Counted from the stretch's first letter, positions 1 to 9,905 are shown. The stretch: DNA of 64,000 nt from Patescibacteria group bacterium (GCA_041737355.1 JBGSRW010000007.1:10556-74555); one strand, 5' to 3'. Notes: generated from the sequence alone by a model not told the origin. A program made the numbers and translations.

Positions 1-1
1 C

Positions 2-523
2 TTGGCTGATTTCTATAAAGATATGAACCGCTGGGCATTTCATTCCCAGTTATTTTTTTTAAGTAAGAGGTTAAAAGACCATTCAAAACTTCTGGAACAA
101 AAAGAAGGCATTCTGATTCAGGACCGCAGTTTGTATGAAAACGCCGAGGTGTTCGCCAAAAATTTATACGAACGTGGATGCATTGCCGAGCGCGACTGGA
201 AAATTTATTGGGAAATTTATCAAACAGCGGTAAAACTTCTTTCCCCGCCTGATTTGATTATTTATCTCGAGGCTTCGGTTCCGTCACTAACAAACCGAAT
301 TAATTCCCGTGGCCGGGACTTTGAACAAAAAATTGATCCGAATTATCTCTCCGACCTGAACCGGCTTTACAACGACTGGGCAAATAATTTTTCCTTGGCT
401 CCGGTTCTTACAATTCCGACAAATGATTTAAACTACATTGACCGCAAAGACAAACGCGAATACATCGTCGAACTAATCTCCAAAAAACTCGGCGGCCTAC
501 CAACCTCGCTTTGGCAAAAATAA
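2..523 (+). CDS. Deoxynucleoside kinase (dNK family), 5'-truncated by window edge
   Basis: Motifs FHSQLFFL, IQDRSLYE, PDLIIYL, RI..RGRDFE and YL..LN..Y match the dGK/dCK family; the P-loop lies outside the window. Confidence 0.85.
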   Translation: MADFYKDMNRWAFHSQLFFLSKRLKDHSKLLEQKEGILIQDRSLYENAEVFAKNLYERGCIAERDWKIYWEIYQTAVKLLSPPDLIIYLEASVPSLTNRINSRGRDFEQKIDPNYLSDLNRLYNDWANNFSLAPVLTIPTNDLNYIDRKDKREYIVELISKKLGGLPTSLWQK

Positions 524-538
524 AAATAAAAAAATCAT

Positions 539-560
539 GAGCCCTGCCGGGCTCTTTTTT
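539..560 (+). terminator. Intrinsic terminator
   Basis: gagccc-tgcc-gggctc hairpin followed by a T run. Confidence 0.6.
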
Positions 561-614
561 ATTGCCAAAAAAGTGAAAATAAGTTAAGATTGGGGAATAA
601 ATAATCCCTTCTTT

Positions 615-1637
615 ATGGAAGAAAACCGCCTGATTGAACCAAAAGAACAAAATGAGGACCAAGTGTTTGACATGACGCTCCGGCCTAAGGTTTTGGCTGA
701 ATATATCGGTCAGGAACAGATCAAGGGAAACCTAAAAATTTTTATTGAGGCAGCCAAAAAAAGGAAAGAACCGATTGAACATGTCCTGCTCTATGGCTGT
801 CCGGGTTTAGGAAAAACAACTTTGGCTCATGTGATCTCAAACGAAATGGGCGCCCAGATCCGCATCACCTCCGGTCCGGCTATTGAACGGGCCGGCGACT
901 TGGCGGCGATTTTGACTAACCTTGGCGACGGCGATGTCTTGTTTATCGATGAAATCCACCGGCTAAATAAAGTTATTGAAGAAGTTTTATATCCGGCCAT
1001 GGAAGAATACGCGCTGGACTTGGTAATCGGCAAAGGTCCGGGCGCCAGAACGGTGCGTCTTAATTTACCCCGTTTCACAATCATCGGCGCCACAACCAAG
1101 GTCAGTATGATTTCCTCGCCTCTCCGTGATCGCTTTGGCGCAACATACCACTTGAATTTTTATGAAAACGAAGATATCGGAAAAATTATCGAACGGAGCG
1201 CCAAACTTTTAAATATCAAAATTGACAACGAGGCGGTACAGCTTATCGCCGAACGTGCCCGCTGCACTCCCCGCGTCGCAAACCGCATCTTAAAACGAGT
1301 CCGCGATTATGCCGAAGTCAAAGCCAATGGTATAATTACAAAAGAGCTGGCCGAAGAAGCCCTAAAAAATTTGGGCGTCGGCCAATTCGGCCTGGACCAG
1401 ATCGACCGCCGGATCCTCGAAGCAATCATAAAAAAATTCCAGGGCGGACCGGTCGGCCTGAATACTCTTTCAGCGGCTACCGGCGAAGAAGAAGCGACAA
1501 TCGAGGAAGTTTACGAACCGTATCTTCTCCAGCTCGGATTTCTAAACCGGACTCCCCGAGGCCGGATGGCAACCGAAGCGGCCTATAAACATCTTGGCAT
1601 CGCCGTTCCAAAAAATATCCAGGACAAACTTATCTAA
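615..1637 (+). CDS. ruvB: Holliday junction branch migration helicase RuvB
   Basis: LRP..L.EYIGQ, Walker [25 protein letters not shown]...RTPRGR. Confidence 0.97.
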   Translation: MEENRLIEPKEQNEDQVFDMTLRPKVLAEYIGQEQIKGNLKIFIEAAKKRKEPIEHVLLYGCPGLGKTTLAHVISNEMGAQIRITSGPAIERAGDLAAILTNLGDGDVLFIDEIHRLNKVIEEVLYPAMEEYALDLVIGKGPGARTVRLNLPRFTIIGATTKVSMISSPLRDRFGATYHLNFYENEDIGKIIERSAKLLNIKIDNEAVQLIAERARCTPRVANRILKRVRDYAEVKANGIITKELAEEALKNLGVGQFGLDQIDRRILEAIIKKFQGGPVGLNTLSAATGEEEATIEEVYEPYLLQLGFLNRTPRGRMATEAAYKHLGIAVPKNIQDKLI

Positions 1638-1640
1638 ACT

Positions 1641-1871
1641 ATGACTCTTTCAATTTTTCTCATCGCCTACTTTGTTTTCGTTTTTCTCTTCGCGGTTTTT
1701 TCCGTATTTTCGATTTATCACCTAGCAAGATTCGTTCCGCCCAGTTCAGTTGCCTTTTTTACGACTTATATTTTTCTAGCCGGCGCGGCGATAATTATTT
1801 TCGCCACCTGGCAGGAACTACAAAACGTTGACTGGACGCAAGCAGTTTTTACTCTTAATGCCGGCTTATGA
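1641..1871 (+). CDS. Small two-TM membrane protein
   Basis: 76 aa with two hydrophobic helices; operonic spacing with ruvB and ATGA overlap with the next gene. Confidence 0.7.
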   Translation: MTLSIFLIAYFVFVFLFAVFSVFSIYHLARFVPPSSVAFFTTYIFLAGAAIIIFATWQELQNVDWTQAVFTLNAGL

Positions 1872-2434
1872 GCGTTTACTTGCAAAAATTTATCAACCAA
1901 AAACCTTACGAAAAAATTATTTATTTCCTGCGACGCGACACTATTGTTTTTATTCTGCAAGCGCTGCTGTTTATTCTGCTCCTAGCTATTCCTATCGGCC
2001 TTTATTTTTTTCTCGGAACAACTTTCCCTTCGCTTTTTGAAAACACCATTACTTATCCGCTCCTGGTTATTTTGGGAGGTATTTACTACTTAACCGTTTG
2101 GCTTGTTTTTTTCACTTCTTTTATTGATTACTATCTTGATTTCTGGATTGTCACAAACGACCGCATAATAAATGTTGAACAACATCTTTTTGCCCGAACA
2201 ATTTCCGAACTGGATTTATATAAAGTTCAGGATATCACGGGAGAATCCCGCGGCTTTCTCCAGACAATGTTTAATTATGGCCATGTTTTTGTCCAGACAG
2301 CCGGAGAAGTTGGAAGATTTAATTTTGAAGAAGTCCCTAACCCCAGAGAAGTCGCGAGAAAAATTATGGAACTTACCGAAGAAGACAGAAAGTACCACGC
2401 TAACCAGGCAGCTAAGTTGGACCAGACAGTTTAA
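1868..2434 (+). CDS. Membrane protein with bacterial PH (bPH_2-like) domain
   Basis: Two TMs followed by WIVTNDRII...VQDI...FNYG.V.VQTAG. Confidence 0.75.
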   Translation: MSVYLQKFINQKPYEKIIYFLRRDTIVFILQALLFILLLAIPIGLYFFLGTTFPSLFENTITYPLLVILGGIYYLTVWLVFFTSFIDYYLDFWIVTNDRIINVEQHLFARTISELDLYKVQDITGESRGFLQTMFNYGHVFVQTAGEVGRFNFEEVPNPREVARKIMELTEEDRKYHANQAAKLDQTV

Positions 2435-2453
2435 TTTTTATTTAAAAAAATAT

Positions 2454-2490
2454 CCCGGCGTTTGGTTATTACCAAGCGCCGGGTTTTGTT
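2454..2490. terminator. Bidirectional terminator between convergent genes
   Basis: cccggcg-tttggt-tatt-accaag-cgccggg stem with A run before and T run after. Confidence 0.7.
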
Positions 2491-2494
2491 TTCT

Positions 2495-3451
2495 CTAAAT
2501 CACGAACGTACTCTGGCCGGGGCGCCTTTCAGCATCCCAAACCTGGTTTCGTCCGTGAGCCTTGGCCTGCAGAGCCGCCCGGCTGGCTTTCCTTACCAAT
2601 CCCTCGACCGTGCCGCCCTGAATGAAGTTAGCGACGCCGATACTCACGGTGACCACGAGCCGCTGGCCGCTGTCGCGAAGAATAATCGGCGCCTTTTCCA
2701 TCGCCGATCTGATTTTCTCCGCCAGAATCATTGCGCCGCTCTTTTCGGTTTCCGGCAAGATAACGGCGAATTCGTCGCCGGCATAACGGGCGAGCAAATC
2801 CGTCTCGCGGGTGTTGGATCCGAAGACGCTGGCCGCGGCCTGGAGAACCCTGTCTCCGACCGTGTGGCCGTGGGGCGTATTGACTCTTTTCTTGAAATCG
2901 TCGACGTCAATGAAAAGAAGCGACAAGGAACGACGAAACCGCTTGGCTCGCTCGACTTCGTCGTTGATCCGTTCATCGAAAGCCCGCCGGTTGGGAATCC
3001 TTGTTACTGGATCGGTCCGGTTTTCCCGTTCGAGTTTGGTAATAATTCTTTTCTTTTCGGCTTCAAGCTCAACTTCGCGGCTCACGTCTTTCCCGACGAA
3101 AATCGCGCCCTGGAAACAGTCCTCGTCGCACACAACCTCGAGAGAAAAAAGCAGAGGCACCGTTCCTCCGCCCTCTCTCGAGAAAATGCGCCGCTCGGAA
3201 ATTTTTTCTTCTCCCGAGAAAAGTCTCTTCTCGGCTGTTTCCCAGAAAACCGCGTCGTCAAAAATCGAAAGAAAATCAAAAAGATTTTTCCCCTCCGCTT
3301 TGTTTGCCGCACAGCCGAACAAACATTCAGCTCCGGAGCTGCAGATCGTTATCCTCTTGTCTTTGCCGGCAACGAGGACGGCATCTGACCTTTGTCTCAC
3401 GATAGTTTCGTAGAAACTTATCCGCTGCCGCAAGCCGACGATATTTCTCAT
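2495..3451 (-). CDS. PAS + GGDEF diguanylate cyclase (AGDEF variant)
   Basis: TDPVT.IPNRRAF, FIDVDDFK, GH.VGD, RxxD I-site (RETD) then RYAGDEF, TVSIGVA, AK..GRN; N-terminal PAS-like region. Confidence 0.88.
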   Translation of the reverse strand: MRNIVGLRQRISFYETIVRQRSDAVLVAGKDKRITICSSGAECLFGCAANKAEGKNLFDFLSIFDDAVFWETAEKRLFSGEEKISERRIFSREGGGTVPLLFSLEVVCDEDCFQGAIFVGKDVSREVELEAEKKRIITKLERENRTDPVTRIPNRRAFDERINDEVERAKRFRRSLSLLFIDVDDFKKRVNTPHGHTVGDRVLQAAASVFGSNTRETDLLARYAGDEFAVILPETEKSGAMILAEKIRSAMEKAPIILRDSGQRLVVTVSIGVANFIQGGTVEGLVRKASRAALQAKAHGRNQVWDAERRPGQSTFVI

Positions 3452-3504
3452 GACTAATCCTCCCTTTACTGCGGTATCCTAACACTAAAAATTACTTTGG
3501 TCAA
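3452..3504 (-). promoter_or_regulatory. sigma70 promoter and strong SD for the DGC gene
   Basis: Minus strand TTGACC-17 bp-TAGGAT with extended TG; AAGGGAGG 7 nt before ATG. Confidence 0.7.
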
Positions 3505-3555
3505 GAATGAAACAAAAAATAGCCTCGCGAGAGAGGCTATCTCCAGCTATTGTGT

Positions 3556-5391
3556 TTAATAGATTGTTTTCAATCCAACTCCCGTATAATAGTGCTTCAA
3601 AATCTGTTCAAAAGTACTGCCAGCGAGAGCCATCCCCCGCGCCCCGCGGGCCGAGAGACCGACTCCATGCCCGAAAAGATTCATCCCGGAACAATTGGGA
3701 TCCGGCCTTGAAACGAGCCACGGTTTTCCCTTCCCAAACCAAACTTCTTCCCAGGCACGGGTTCTTCCGTCACTCTGGGAAAAATAAGGAGTGACAACAA
3801 TATCTCCGTTGTATGTGACTACTATGCCGCGGGTTTCTTCGACCGCTTTTACAAAATTGGGCAGACGTGTTTCGGAATTATAACCGCGATAAACCTGGTC
3901 GTAAGAACTTGCATTCAGATGAAAATAACCGGCTGGATGCTTGCCTCCGATATTGATATTGTATTGAGCAAAGGTTCGGGCGGCAACGGCCAAAGCTTTG
4001 TGATATTCAATCGGATTGTTGTTCGACGATTCGGCTAGGCCTTTCATGTAAGCTTCCAGCGGCACTTCGTTGATCATATAAACTTTGTCCCTGCCCTCGC
4101 TGTAACGGAACTCCAAATTGCCGCGGAATTTATTATCATTCAGAGACGTGTTCCAGGCCGGTGGATTTCTGAAACTCGTAATTTCGAAAATTGAGTTTTT
4201 ATCCTGGGCAATGAAATCTAAATAGGAGAGATTGTCCTTAATCGTCCCATTAAACGATACTGAGTAAGTTTTCGCCGAACTGTTGAAGGTGACTGTCACG
4301 CTTGATCCGGCGGACACAGAGAAGACCAGATTTCCTCCCGAATCCTTAACGTCGAAAACTCCGCTGGCTTTTATTGTTTCTGGTTCGGTCGTAGCGTACA
4401 AACCGATTCTGATGGTTGATTCCTCGGCCAAACTAGGCTCGACGGGAACGACAACTTGTGGCGAACCAAAAATTTTAATAGGAACCGCGGCAAAACCGCC
4501 CGAAACTGATTTGTCGTTGTTCATCAGAATAAAAGCAGCGTTATATTCTCCGGCTGCGTTACCTTGCAAAGAAAAACTGAAATATCCTATCTGGCCAGGT
4601 AAGGTTACCGACGAGACTGAAGCTAAACAATTTGATTCAAGCCAGCCTGGTTCGCGGAAAGCGTCGGTATTTACGTCCGGGGCTGTACAAATTTTAACTG
4701 AATTGACCCCATCCGTTTCCCAGTTAATCTTACCGATATTTTTGAAACCGACGTTAAAATTAATCTTATTGCCGACCAAAAGATCGATGGAGCTGTGGCT
4801 TTGTATCAATTTAAGAGCGCTAAAATTTTCCGCCGAGGCGATAGTTGTATTAACCGGAACCGAGACAACGGCATTCGGGTTGTTGGTAACGTTCACCGGT
4901 ATTTCTAAAACTCCCCCGGGAATCCAAGTCAGGTTTTCCGCGGCCAATTTAAATTTTACTGTCTGCAGACCAAGCAAATCCGGAGCCTGAATGGCAAATC
5001 TGAAATGGGCCGTCTGACCAGGAAGCACTTTTGTTTCAACCATTTTTCCCGGCTGCTCGGCAGTATGCCAATACTTGTGTCTGAATAATTTTCCAGCGCC
5101 ATCAGCATAAAGGGAAATATAGCGGACGTTATTATTGTACCAAGCGACCGTCCCCGTATTTTTGAAACTTGCTTCAAAAGTCAGCGCCTTCCCCGGAGCC
5201 ATTACCAGGCTGCCGGAACTTTGCGTTAGTTTTTCCGCAGTGTAACCGGCCACCGCCGCCTCTGCCCGGCCGGGGTAGAACCCGGACAATAAAATAAAGA
5301 AAACCAGGCCAGCTAAAAAGCCAAGACCCGGCCTTTTTTTATTTTTATCAGAAATTATTCTAATTTTCCAAAATAAATTTTTCCCAAACAT
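3556..5391 (-). CDS. SpoIID/LytB-domain cell-wall protein with N-terminal Ig-like (NBR1-like) domains
   Basis: INEVPLE.Y..G, KALAVAART, DQVYRG, GHGVGLS..GA, IL.HYY.G; two FKN.G...W repeats; N-terminal TM. Confidence 0.88.
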   Translation of the reverse strand: MFGKNLFWKIRIISDKNKKRPGLGFLAGLVFFILLSGFYPGRAEAAVAGYTAEKLTQSSGSLVMAPGKALTFEASFKNTGTVAWYNNNVRYISLYADGAGKLFRHKYWHTAEQPGKMVETKVLPGQTAHFRFAIQAPDLLGLQTVKFKLAAENLTWIPGGVLEIPVNVTNNPNAVVSVPVNTTIASAENFSALKLIQSHSSIDLLVGNKINFNVGFKNIGKINWETDGVNSVKICTAPDVNTDAFREPGWLESNCLASVSSVTLPGQIGYFSFSLQGNAAGEYNAAFILMNNDKSVSGGFAAVPIKIFGSPQVVVPVEPSLAEESTIRIGLYATTEPETIKASGVFDVKDSGGNLVFSVSAGSSVTVTFNSSAKTYSVSFNGTIKDNLSYLDFIAQDKNSIFEITSFRNPPAWNTSLNDNKFRGNLEFRYSEGRDKVYMINEVPLEAYMKGLAESSNNNPIEYHKALAVAARTFAQYNINIGGKHPAGYFHLNASSYDQVYRGYNSETRLPNFVKAVEETRGIVVTYNGDIVVTPYFSQSDGRTRAWEEVWFGKGKPWLVSRPDPNCSGMNLFGHGVGLSARGARGMALAGSTFEQILKHYYTGVGLKTIY

Positions 5392-5568
5392 TTTTCCAAG
5401 AAAATTATTTATCTTTCTACTTTATATATAATACCAAGAAATACCCCTCCGGTCAATTTAATCCCATTAGAAGTAAAACGATATTCCCCAAAACTAATTA
5501 CAGGCGCTATTGCCTCGCGGCTCAAAATGATATAATTGTAATGGAGCAAGGAAACCTACTTCTCTTTT

Positions 5569-6993
5569 ATGTCTTTAACCCGCCAAGTCGCCCATAATAT
5601 GATATACCAGGTAGCCGGCAAATTGCTGTCCACCGTTTTCGGTTTGCTGGCGCTCGGAATAATGACACGGTACTTGGGCCAGGAAGGTTTCGGCGGATAC
5701 ACGACGATCGTCGCTTTTTTACAATTTTTCGGCATTATGGTCGATTTTGGGCTGACGCTTACGACCGTGCAAATGATTTCCGAACCGGGAGCCGACGAAA
5801 ATAAAATTACCGGCAATATTTTTACTTTAAGATTTTTTTCTGCCCTGATTTTTTTGGGGCTGGCCCCGCTCGTCGTCCTATTTTTCCCTTATAGCCACAC
5901 TTTGAAAATCGGCGTGACAATCACTACTTTTTCTTTTCTGTTCATCGCGCTTAACCAGGTTTTGGTCGGTCTTTTCCAAAAACATTTATCCATGTGGAAG
6001 GTAGCTGTTTCGGAAAATGTCGGACGTGTTGTCCTTCTCGCGGGAATAGCCTTGGTTGTATTTTTCAATTTAAACTTGGTCGCGGTTATGGCGGCTGTAG
6101 TCTTGGGAAGCGCGGCTAATTTTATTATAAATTTTATTTTCTCGCTGAAATACGTCCGAATAAAATTCGTTTTCGATTGGCAGGTATGGAAAGAAATTTA
6201 CCGCCGGTCATGGCCGATCGGCCTTTCAATAGCTTTCAATTTAATCTATCTCAAGGCCGACACAATTATTTTATCCCTTTCCCAAAATCAGTCCTCTGTC
6301 GGACTTTACGGCGCCTCCTATCGCGTCTTGGACGTGCTCACGACTTTCCCGATGATGTTTGCCGGGCTGATCCTTCCCGTCCTTACGGCTACCTGGGCGG
6401 AGGGAAATCTCGAGAGATTCAGAAGGATTGCCCAAAAATCATTTGATTTTTTGATTATGATAATCGTGCCGGCTATTTTTGGAACTTTATTTTTAGGAGA
6501 ACGCCTGATGAAGTTAGTTGCCGGAGACGATTTTGCCCTTTCGGGAACTATCTTAAAAATTCTGATACTCGCCGCCGGAGCGATATTCCTCGGGACTCTT
6601 TTTGGCCATATGGTTGTCGCCGTAAAAAAACAACGGGTGATGATTTGGGGATACGCCGTGGTAGCCGTCGTCTCGCTCCTCGGCTACGTTATTCTCATCC
6701 CCCGTTATACTTATTGGGCGGCTTCATGGATAACCGTATTTTCCGAAGGAGCCATCGCCCTTCTGACATTCTTTGTCGTCTGGAAAACGACGGGGATAGT
6801 CCTGTCCGGAAAAATTTTGTTAAAAACGGCAATCGCGAGCCTTGCCATGTCCGCAATTCTTTATTTTCTCGCCGCTGCCAACCTTCTGTTTCTCATAGCT
6901 CTCGGCGCAGCGGTTTATTTTGCCACCCTCTATTTGCTCCGGGGATACAGCAAGGAAACTATTACCGAGATTCTTAAACTAAGCGGGGAATAA
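5569..6993 (+). CDS. Polysaccharide flippase (Wzx/RfbX-like)
   Basis: Polytopic membrane protein with RYLG..GFG.Y, DFGL, D.IILS and VGLYGA.YR. Confidence 0.88.
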   Translation: MSLTRQVAHNMIYQVAGKLLSTVFGLLALGIMTRYLGQEGFGGYTTIVAFLQFFGIMVDFGLTLTTVQMISEPGADENKITGNIFTLRFFSALIFLGLAPLVVLFFPYSHTLKIGVTITTFSFLFIALNQVLVGLFQKHLSMWKVAVSENVGRVVLLAGIALVVFFNLNLVAVMAAVVLGSAANFIINFIFSLKYVRIKFVFDWQVWKEIYRRSWPIGLSIAFNLIYLKADTIILSLSQNQSSVGLYGASYRVLDVLTTFPMMFAGLILPVLTATWAEGNLERFRRIAQKSFDFLIMIIVPAIFGTLFLGERLMKLVAGDDFALSGTILKILILAAGAIFLGTLFGHMVVAVKKQRVMIWGYAVVAVVSLLGYVILIPRYTYWAASWITVFSEGAIALLTFFVVWKTTGIVLSGKILLKTAIASLAMSAILYFLAAANLLFLIALGAAVYFATLYLLRGYSKETITEILKLSGE

Positions 6994-6995
6994 AT

Positions 6996-8273
6996 ATGCT
7001 TTACGCTTTTCTGATTATTCTTTTTTCTTGTCTGTTCCTCTTTCTTGCTTGGCGAAATATCGTTTTGGCGACGGCTGTGCTCGTCGCTTTTTTGCCGTCC
7101 TATCTCATACGTACAAACCTCGGGCCATTCCCGATAAACCTGCTCGAAATAATGGTCCTTCTTCTTTTTTTCGCCTGGGCCATAAAACAAAAAGGGGGAA
7201 TTGCCGAAGCTTTAAAAAATTTAAAATCTAACCGCTGGCTTTGGCTCGTCGCCGCCTGGATTTTTTTCGCCACCGTTTCGCTTTTTGTTTCGCCAAATTT
7301 ACGGGCGGCGGCCGGCGCCTGGAAAACTTACTTTATCGAACCCGTCCTTTTCTTGCTGGTTTTTATAAGTGTCATAAAAAATAAAAAGGATTTTGAATTA
7401 ATTTTATACGCCCTCGGTTTTTCCGCTCTTTATATTTCGGCTTTTGCCTTCTACCAAAAAATTACCGGTTTCGCCATCCCCAACCCGATCTGGCAGGCGG
7501 AAGAAACTAGGCGCGTCACAAGTTTTTACGGATATCCGAACGCCGTCGGCTTGTATCTCGCACCGATTGCCACTCTTTGCGCCGGATGGCTTATTGACAC
7601 GCTGCAAACCGCTGGCCACAGATTGCGAAAAATACTTTTTCAGCTTGCCGTATTTTTTTCATCGGCGGCTGCCATAGTCTTCGCCCGTTCAGAAGGAGCC
7701 TATATCGGCGTTCTTTGCGGTTTATTTTTCCTCGGAATTATGACCAAAAAATTGCGCTGGCCGACCGTGATTCTCGCGATAATTTTTATTGCCACCGTCG
7801 TGTTAGTACCCCAATTTAAAAATTATGCCTGGCAGCAAATTGCCTTCCAAAACGATTCGGGAAAAGTAAGAATCAGCCAATGGCAGGAAACTTGGGAAAT
7901 GCTTCGTGACCGACCAATAACCGGAACCGGACTGGCCGGCTATCAGGAAGCTCTCGCCCCATATCACAAGGCAAAACATATTGAAATCTATCTTTACCCT
8001 CACAATTTATTTTTAAATTTCTGGAGTGAAATTGGCTTGGGCGGCCTAATTATTTTTTTGACAGTGGTTGCAAAGTTTTTTAAAGATAACTTAAAAAAAA
8101 TATTTACCGAAAAATCGTCTCTATCTATTATCTTGTCTGCCACGATGATTACGTTGATTATTCATGGCCTGGTTGATGTCCAATATTTGAAAAACGATCT
8201 TTCTCTTTTTTTCTGGCTTTTGATCGGCATCTCTGTTTTGGTTCCAAAAATCTTCCCGAAAAAAACATTCTAA
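6996..8273 (+). CDS. O-antigen ligase / Wzy_C family membrane protein
   Basis: Polytopic; R.TS.YGYPN, SG.VR...W, P.TGTG, YPHN.FL..W.E.G..G. Confidence 0.85.
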   Translation: MLYAFLIILFSCLFLFLAWRNIVLATAVLVAFLPSYLIRTNLGPFPINLLEIMVLLLFFAWAIKQKGGIAEALKNLKSNRWLWLVAAWIFFATVSLFVSPNLRAAAGAWKTYFIEPVLFLLVFISVIKNKKDFELILYALGFSALYISAFAFYQKITGFAIPNPIWQAEETRRVTSFYGYPNAVGLYLAPIATLCAGWLIDTLQTAGHRLRKILFQLAVFFSSAAAIVFARSEGAYIGVLCGLFFLGIMTKKLRWPTVILAIIFIATVVLVPQFKNYAWQQIAFQNDSGKVRISQWQETWEMLRDRPITGTGLAGYQEALAPYHKAKHIEIYLYPHNLFLNFWSEIGLGGLIIFLTVVAKFFKDNLKKIFTEKSSLSIILSATMITLIIHGLVDVQYLKNDLSLFFWLLIGISVLVPKIFPKKTF

Positions 8274-8296
8274 CAACAAGTAACCAATTTTTTGCA

Positions 8297-8320
8297 AACT
8301 CCGCCTGGGCGGAGTTTTTT
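8297..8320 (+). terminator. Intrinsic terminator
   Basis: aaactccgcc/ggcggagttt inverted repeat followed by Ts. Confidence 0.7.
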
Positions 8321-8323
8321 AGC

Positions 8324-8398
8324 TTGACATTTTCTTGTTTTTATGTAAGAATATAGTGTTTGGAGCGTTTCCAAACATGAGGGATTGCGGAGGAGCAA
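8324..8398 (+). promoter_or_regulatory. sigma70 promoter, 5' hairpin and strong SD
   Basis: TTGACA at 8324 with an AAGAAT/TAAGAA -10 region; hairpin tgtttgga/tccaaaca; GGAGGAG before ATG 8399. Confidence 0.65.
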
Positions 8399-9085
8399 AT
8401 GAAGGTCAAACTGGCAATTTATGCGACCTTTCTTTTCCTTTTCGGCTGCGGTCTAGACACGGCCGGCAGTGGGCCGGACGGTGATGACTACAGCCCGTCC
8501 GATGTTCCGGACCAGGAAGCCGGACCGGACATTGGCGAGGACGAAGTCGCCGAAGTGGTCGAAGACCACTTTGAATTGACCGAAGAGGACGTCTCGCCCG
8601 AGGCGACCGACGAAGCTGCCGACTACGAGGAAACGGAAGCTGCCGACGCCGAGGACGAGGCCAGCGAGGAAGATGGCGAAGGCGAGGACGGTGAAATTAC
8701 CGATCCTTGCGCTCCGCCAGAGATCCCGACAACTGGTCTTTTCCTCTGGTACTGCATCCCCGACCCGCCGGTAAGCATCGGCATGGCCGTCGGGCTCTGG
8801 GTGGAACGGCTTTCCGGACCGCCAATTACCTGGAGGTTTGAACCGAGCTGTGGCGCTCGAGACGCCCGCTCCATCTTCTGCGAGCTGACCGACTACGGTC
8901 CTGGTTCGACCTACTATTTCAACGTAACAACCCCGAGTATTGGGGCGGGCTGGTCTTGCGGGCCTGACCTTGAGGTCACGCACGGCGTACCCCGCATCTG
9001 GCACCATGGATGGGAACTTGAGGTTGGCGTAGTCGACAACGGCTACGGCGGTTGCAACCACACCTTCGAGATTGCTCCGCTCTGA
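8399..9085 (+). CDS. GC-rich putative lipoprotein with acidic low-complexity linker and Cys-containing C-terminal domain
   Basis: Signal peptide with lipobox LFGC; D/E-rich stretch; SD and terminator flank it. Confidence 0.75.
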   Translation: MKVKLAIYATFLFLFGCGLDTAGSGPDGDDYSPSDVPDQEAGPDIGEDEVAEVVEDHFELTEEDVSPEATDEAADYEETEAADAEDEASEEDGEGEDGEITDPCAPPEIPTTGLFLWYCIPDPPVSIGMAVGLWVERLSGPPITWRFEPSCGARDARSIFCELTDYGPGSTYYFNVTTPSIGAGWSCGPDLEVTHGVPRIWHHGWELEVGVVDNGYGGCNHTFEIAPL

Positions 9086-9100
9086 AAAATCTCCTCCAAA

Positions 9101-9134
9101 CCGGCGAAAGCCCTGCTTTCGCCGGACTTTTTTT
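9101..9134 (+). terminator. Intrinsic terminator
   Basis: ccggcgaaagc-cct-gctttcgccgg followed by T run. Confidence 0.8.
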
Positions 9135-9212
9135 ATTATCGATCGAGCGAGAAAAATCAAATTTTAATTTAATTTCCGAGAGAGCGCGGATAACACTAAA
9201 TACTCTAAAAAC

Positions 9213-9241
9213 TGGACAGAATCGTCGGGATATGCTATAAT
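9213..9241 (+). promoter_or_regulatory. Strong sigma70 promoter upstream of tRNA-Ser
   Basis: TGGACA-17 bp-TATAAT with extended TG. Confidence 0.65.
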
Positions 9242-9490
9242 ATAATAATGTAAAAGCTAAATCTGGCTTTTTTGTTTTCGCCAAGCTGAAATAACAAAGC
9301 TAACAAAACAAAAAGAGGGGGACCTTTTATAAATTTGCTCTTTCAAAACACAAATTCCCGTTTTTACCACGAGACACGGGAATACAAAACAAAAATAAAA
9401 ACAAAAATAAGGAGCGTAAGGCTCTTTATTTTATTTTAGGGCAACACCAGCCCTTTATTTTATTTCGTGAAAATGTTAAGTTAAGAAAAT

Positions 9491-9577
9491 GGAAGGGTGG
9501 CTGAGTGGCCGAAAGCGCCGCACTCGAAATGCGGTATACCGGAAACGGTATCGTGGGTTCAAATCCCACCCCTTCCG
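9491..9577 (+). tRNA. tRNA-Ser(CGA)
   Basis: Acceptor GGAAGGG/CCCTTCC, D arm, anticodon arm ccgca-ctCGAaa-tgcgg, long variable arm taccg-gaaa-cggta, GTTCAAATC T loop; CCA not encoded. Confidence 0.95.
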
Positions 9578-9599
9578 TTTCGACAAAAATTTTAATTTC

Positions 9600-9905
9600 A
9601 TGAAGAAGCATAACTTTATCTCCTTCCCTAAACGCGAATGGAAAACTTTAAGAAAAGTCCTGTCAGAGAAAAAAATTTGTTCGACCGTCCGCTGTTGCAA
9701 GGAACTTGGTAAATATAAAACCGGGAAAATTTATAAAACTCCCTGGGGAGATTTGGTAAAAATCATAAGCGTAAAAAAATATTATAATCCGGAAAAAATT
9801 CCTACCTGGAAATTTTTTGACAAAGGGATGAAAATTTCCGTAAATAAGGGAAAAGTCTACGGAGATGAAAAGTGGGATTTTATCTCTTTTAAGTTGACAA
9901 AATAG
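9600..9905 (+). CDS. Small basic hypothetical protein (possibly ASCH/PUA-like)
   Basis: ATG at 9600 just after the tRNA (MKKHNFISF...); the track ORF was extended through the tRNA. Confidence 0.55.
   Translation: MKKHNFISFPKREWKTLRKVLSEKKICSTVRCCKELGKYKTGKIYKTPWGDLVKIISVKKYYNPEKIPTWKFFDKGMKISVNKGKVYGDEKWDFISFKLTK

Noticed and set aside
2462-3413. Long plus-strand ORFs (308 aa, 200 aa) opposite the diguanylate cyclase
   Set aside because: Antisense shadows of a GC-rich gene; the minus-strand ORF has the motifs, SD and promoter.
8453-9160. 235-aa minus-strand ORF
   Set aside because: Shadow of the lipoprotein gene, which has the promoter, SD and terminator.
9489-9599. N-terminal extension of ORF 9489..9905
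   Set aside because: It runs through tRNA-Ser; the likely start is 9600.
9578-9905. Possible tRNA-integrated island
   Set aside because: No integrase and no duplicated tRNA 3' end were seen.
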